Virus record (IMG/VR): IMGVR_UViG_2579778842_000006
Location: 1-7,226 of that record
Length of the DNA stretch: 7,226 bases
Source of the DNA: a virus
Lineage: Duplodnaviria; Heunggongvirae; Uroviricota; Caudoviricetes
Strand: one strand, 5' to 3'
The position numbers and the translations under genes are program-made. Numbering within the stretch: position 1 is the first letter of the stretch; every line of letters starts with the position of its first letter. Below are positions 5,786-7,226 of the stretch, piece after piece. The notes under the pieces are model-generated. The model was not told the DNA's origin. It made no database searches and saw nothing but the letters and a program-made list of their open reading frames with translations.

Positions 5786-6969
5786 CAGGCACCTCCCAGC
5801 ACCGCAAATGCGGGTTCAAAGTATTCATCAGTAAACGTCTGGTAAAGCTCCATGTCTTCCAGTGGCGGAACGGGCGTATATTTGTAGCGAATACGCACAC
5901 GCCCCTGACGTAAATCCGTGGTGCTGTTATCCACCACGTCATACCAGCACTCCGCGCCAATCAGTTTCCCGGCAGTCACCAGTGAATCCAGTTTTGCCCT
6001 GATGGCACTGATAACATCCTTCACGTTCGCAGGCGTCAGTGGACTGTCGATGGTTTCAAACTGCGCTTCCGCAATTGAATCAGCCAGCACCTGTGCGGTT
6101 CGGGTATACACCTCAAAGATGTAGGCGTTCGTTTCCGGTGTGCGGTTGCCCCAGAAGCGGAACCCGTTGCGACGAATAATGGTCGTGATTTCTTTGTTGT
6201 TGAGGCTGTTGGCATCACTGTCTTCGGCCTGTAATGACCAGAACACATGCCTCGACATCCCCAGCACATTTTTAACCGGAACGTTGGACAGTGATTTGTG
6301 CCACCCCTGCTCATGGTCAATGTACGCACGAAGGCCGCACGCATAGGCAGGCGCGGGGAACGTTTCGTTTTTGCCACTTTTCGGGTTGTAGGCGATGAAG
6401 TCCGGCCATAAGAGCATCACCTCACGTTCGTTGAATTTCTGGCGGTAGGTAATCGCCTCAGCCATCGTGTTACAGCCGTGACATGAGGCATACACAAACG
6501 CGCGCAGTTTACCTGCAATCACGCACAGGGATTTTGTTACTGCCTCCGTGTCCAGCTCCGGCGCTGCCAGAATACGCGGACGGTATCCGATGCTTTCATC
6601 CTGCTCTGCAACAAGCAGCGCATACATCCCCGTATAGCTGCCGTCAGATTCAGAACCACCGATAACCAGTTGATCCTGCGTTTTTCCGTCTTCTTCTTTG
6701 TGTTCAGCCACGCGAACGACGATCACCTTTGTGCTCACCTGGTCTGCGATGGCCTTAAGCGCACGATAAAGCGTTCCCGTTGTCCCGCATTTTCCCAGCA
6801 CGTCATTGACGCGGGTCAGCAGTGTGGGCTTGTTCAGCGGGAACAGCTTCGCGTCCGCATCATCCGCCGTTGCCACGATACCGATAACGCTGGAATCAAC
6901 ATCGTTAATCGCTGTTACCAGGTCGGTATTTTCCGTAACACGGGCACCATGAAAACGAGTTTCACTCAT
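5785..6969 (-). CDS. FI: Contractile tail sheath protein (P2 gpFI family)
   Basis: 394 aa. Contains FPLNKP, KLRAF, WPDF, EQGWHK.LSNV, RRNGFRFWGNRT, YTRTAQV and YKYTPVPPLE, blocks I recognise from P2-type sheath proteins. AAGGGG Shine-Dalgarno upstream of ATG 6969. Confidence 0.9.
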   Translation of the reverse strand: MSETRFHGARVTENTDLVTAINDVDSSVIGIVATADDADAKLFPLNKPTLLTRVNDVLGKCGTTGTLYRALKAIADQVSTKVIVVRVAEHKEEDGKTQDQLVIGGSESDGSYTGMYALLVAEQDESIGYRPRILAAPELDTEAVTKSLCVIAGKLRAFVYASCHGCNTMAEAITYRQKFNEREVMLLWPDFIAYNPKSGKNETFPAPAYACGLRAYIDHEQGWHKSLSNVPVKNVLGMSRHVFWSLQAEDSDANSLNNKEITTIIRRNGFRFWGNRTPETNAYIFEVYTRTAQVLADSIAEAQFETIDSPLTPANVKDVISAIRAKLDSLVTAGKLIGAECWYDVVDNSTTDLRQGRVRIRYKYTPVPPLEDMELYQTFTDEYFEPAFAVLGGA

Positions 6970-7126
6970 AGCTTCAGCCCCTTGTATCCGTTAAATGATT
7001 CGGCAACAATCATCACCCACCACGCGCGCAATCTCACCCCTGCGCCATTCTCCCGCCACGGCGACAACAAAAAGCAGTAACCCCCTCCGCACGCACATGC
7101 GACCATGCCACACAGGGAGGGAGCAG

Positions 7127-7226
7127 ATGACCGACACCACCATGCAATTGCTCAGTCAGGGCACAGACCCCGTGAAAATGCCGGATTTTGATATTCTCGC
7201 GGAGGGTAAAACGCTGTCAGGCGTGG
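7127..7226 (+). CDS. Divergent gene of unknown function, 5' end only (first 33 codons, runs off the right edge)
   Basis: ATG at 7127 preceded by GGGAGGGAG (7115..7123) at good spacing. Frame open to the window end (MTDTTMQLLSQGTDPVKMPDFDILAEGKTLSGV). All three minus-strand frames have stops between 7152 and 7219, so no minus-strand gene reads through here. Confidence 0.45.
   Translation, partial: MTDTTMQLLSQGTDPVKMPDFDILAEGKTLSGV

Noticed and set aside
4956-6665. Plus-strand and out-of-frame minus-strand ORFs overlapping E, FII and FI (for example 4956..5336, 5129..5422, 5736..5960, 6036..6377, 6483..6665)
   Set aside because: All overlap strongly supported structural genes in other frames or strands and lack translation signals.
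6994-7013. Inverted repeat ATGATT-N7-AATCAT upstream of the sheath gene, considered as an Ogr/Delta-type late-activator site
   Set aside because: It does not match the TGT-N12-ACA dyad I recall for P2 late promoters, and no such dyad was found by eye in 6970..7126, so no late promoter is called.
6670-7080. Plus-strand ORF of 136 aa across the sheath 5' end and intergenic region
   Set aside because: Mostly antisense to the sheath gene; I treat the plus-strand gene starting at 7127 with its strong ribosome-binding site as the real divergent gene.
1-7226. CRISPR arrays, tRNA or rRNA genes, insertion sequences
   Set aside because: No regularly spaced direct repeats, no tRNA-like cloverleaf candidates, and no transposase ORFs or terminal inverted repeats were seen; the window is almost entirely protein-coding.

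Overview
This window is most of a P2-family contractile-tail module (prophage or tailocin), encoded on the minus strand and read right to left: sheath FI (5785..6969), tube FII (5273..5785), chaperone E with its -1 frameshift extension E' (4689..5218, slippery T-TTT-TTG at 4901..4907), tape measure T (1901..4738) and tail protein U (1401..1889). The expected gene D does not follow U. Instead there is a bidirectional intrinsic terminator (1362..1392), then a convergent Pin/Gin/Hin-family serine DNA invertase (773..1372, plus strand), then at least two tail-fibre C-terminal cassettes on the minus strand (226..744 and 1..232, the latter running off the left edge). Each cassette begins with a 26-bp Hin-family crossover site (684..709 and 207..232). 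I read this as a multi-cassette, invertase-driven tail-fibre switching locus whose constant fibre gene and oppositely oriented partner site lie left of the window. A divergent plus-strand gene of unknown function starts at 7127 and runs off the right edge. All calls come from reading the sequence and ORF translations and from remembered family features; no database search was run.
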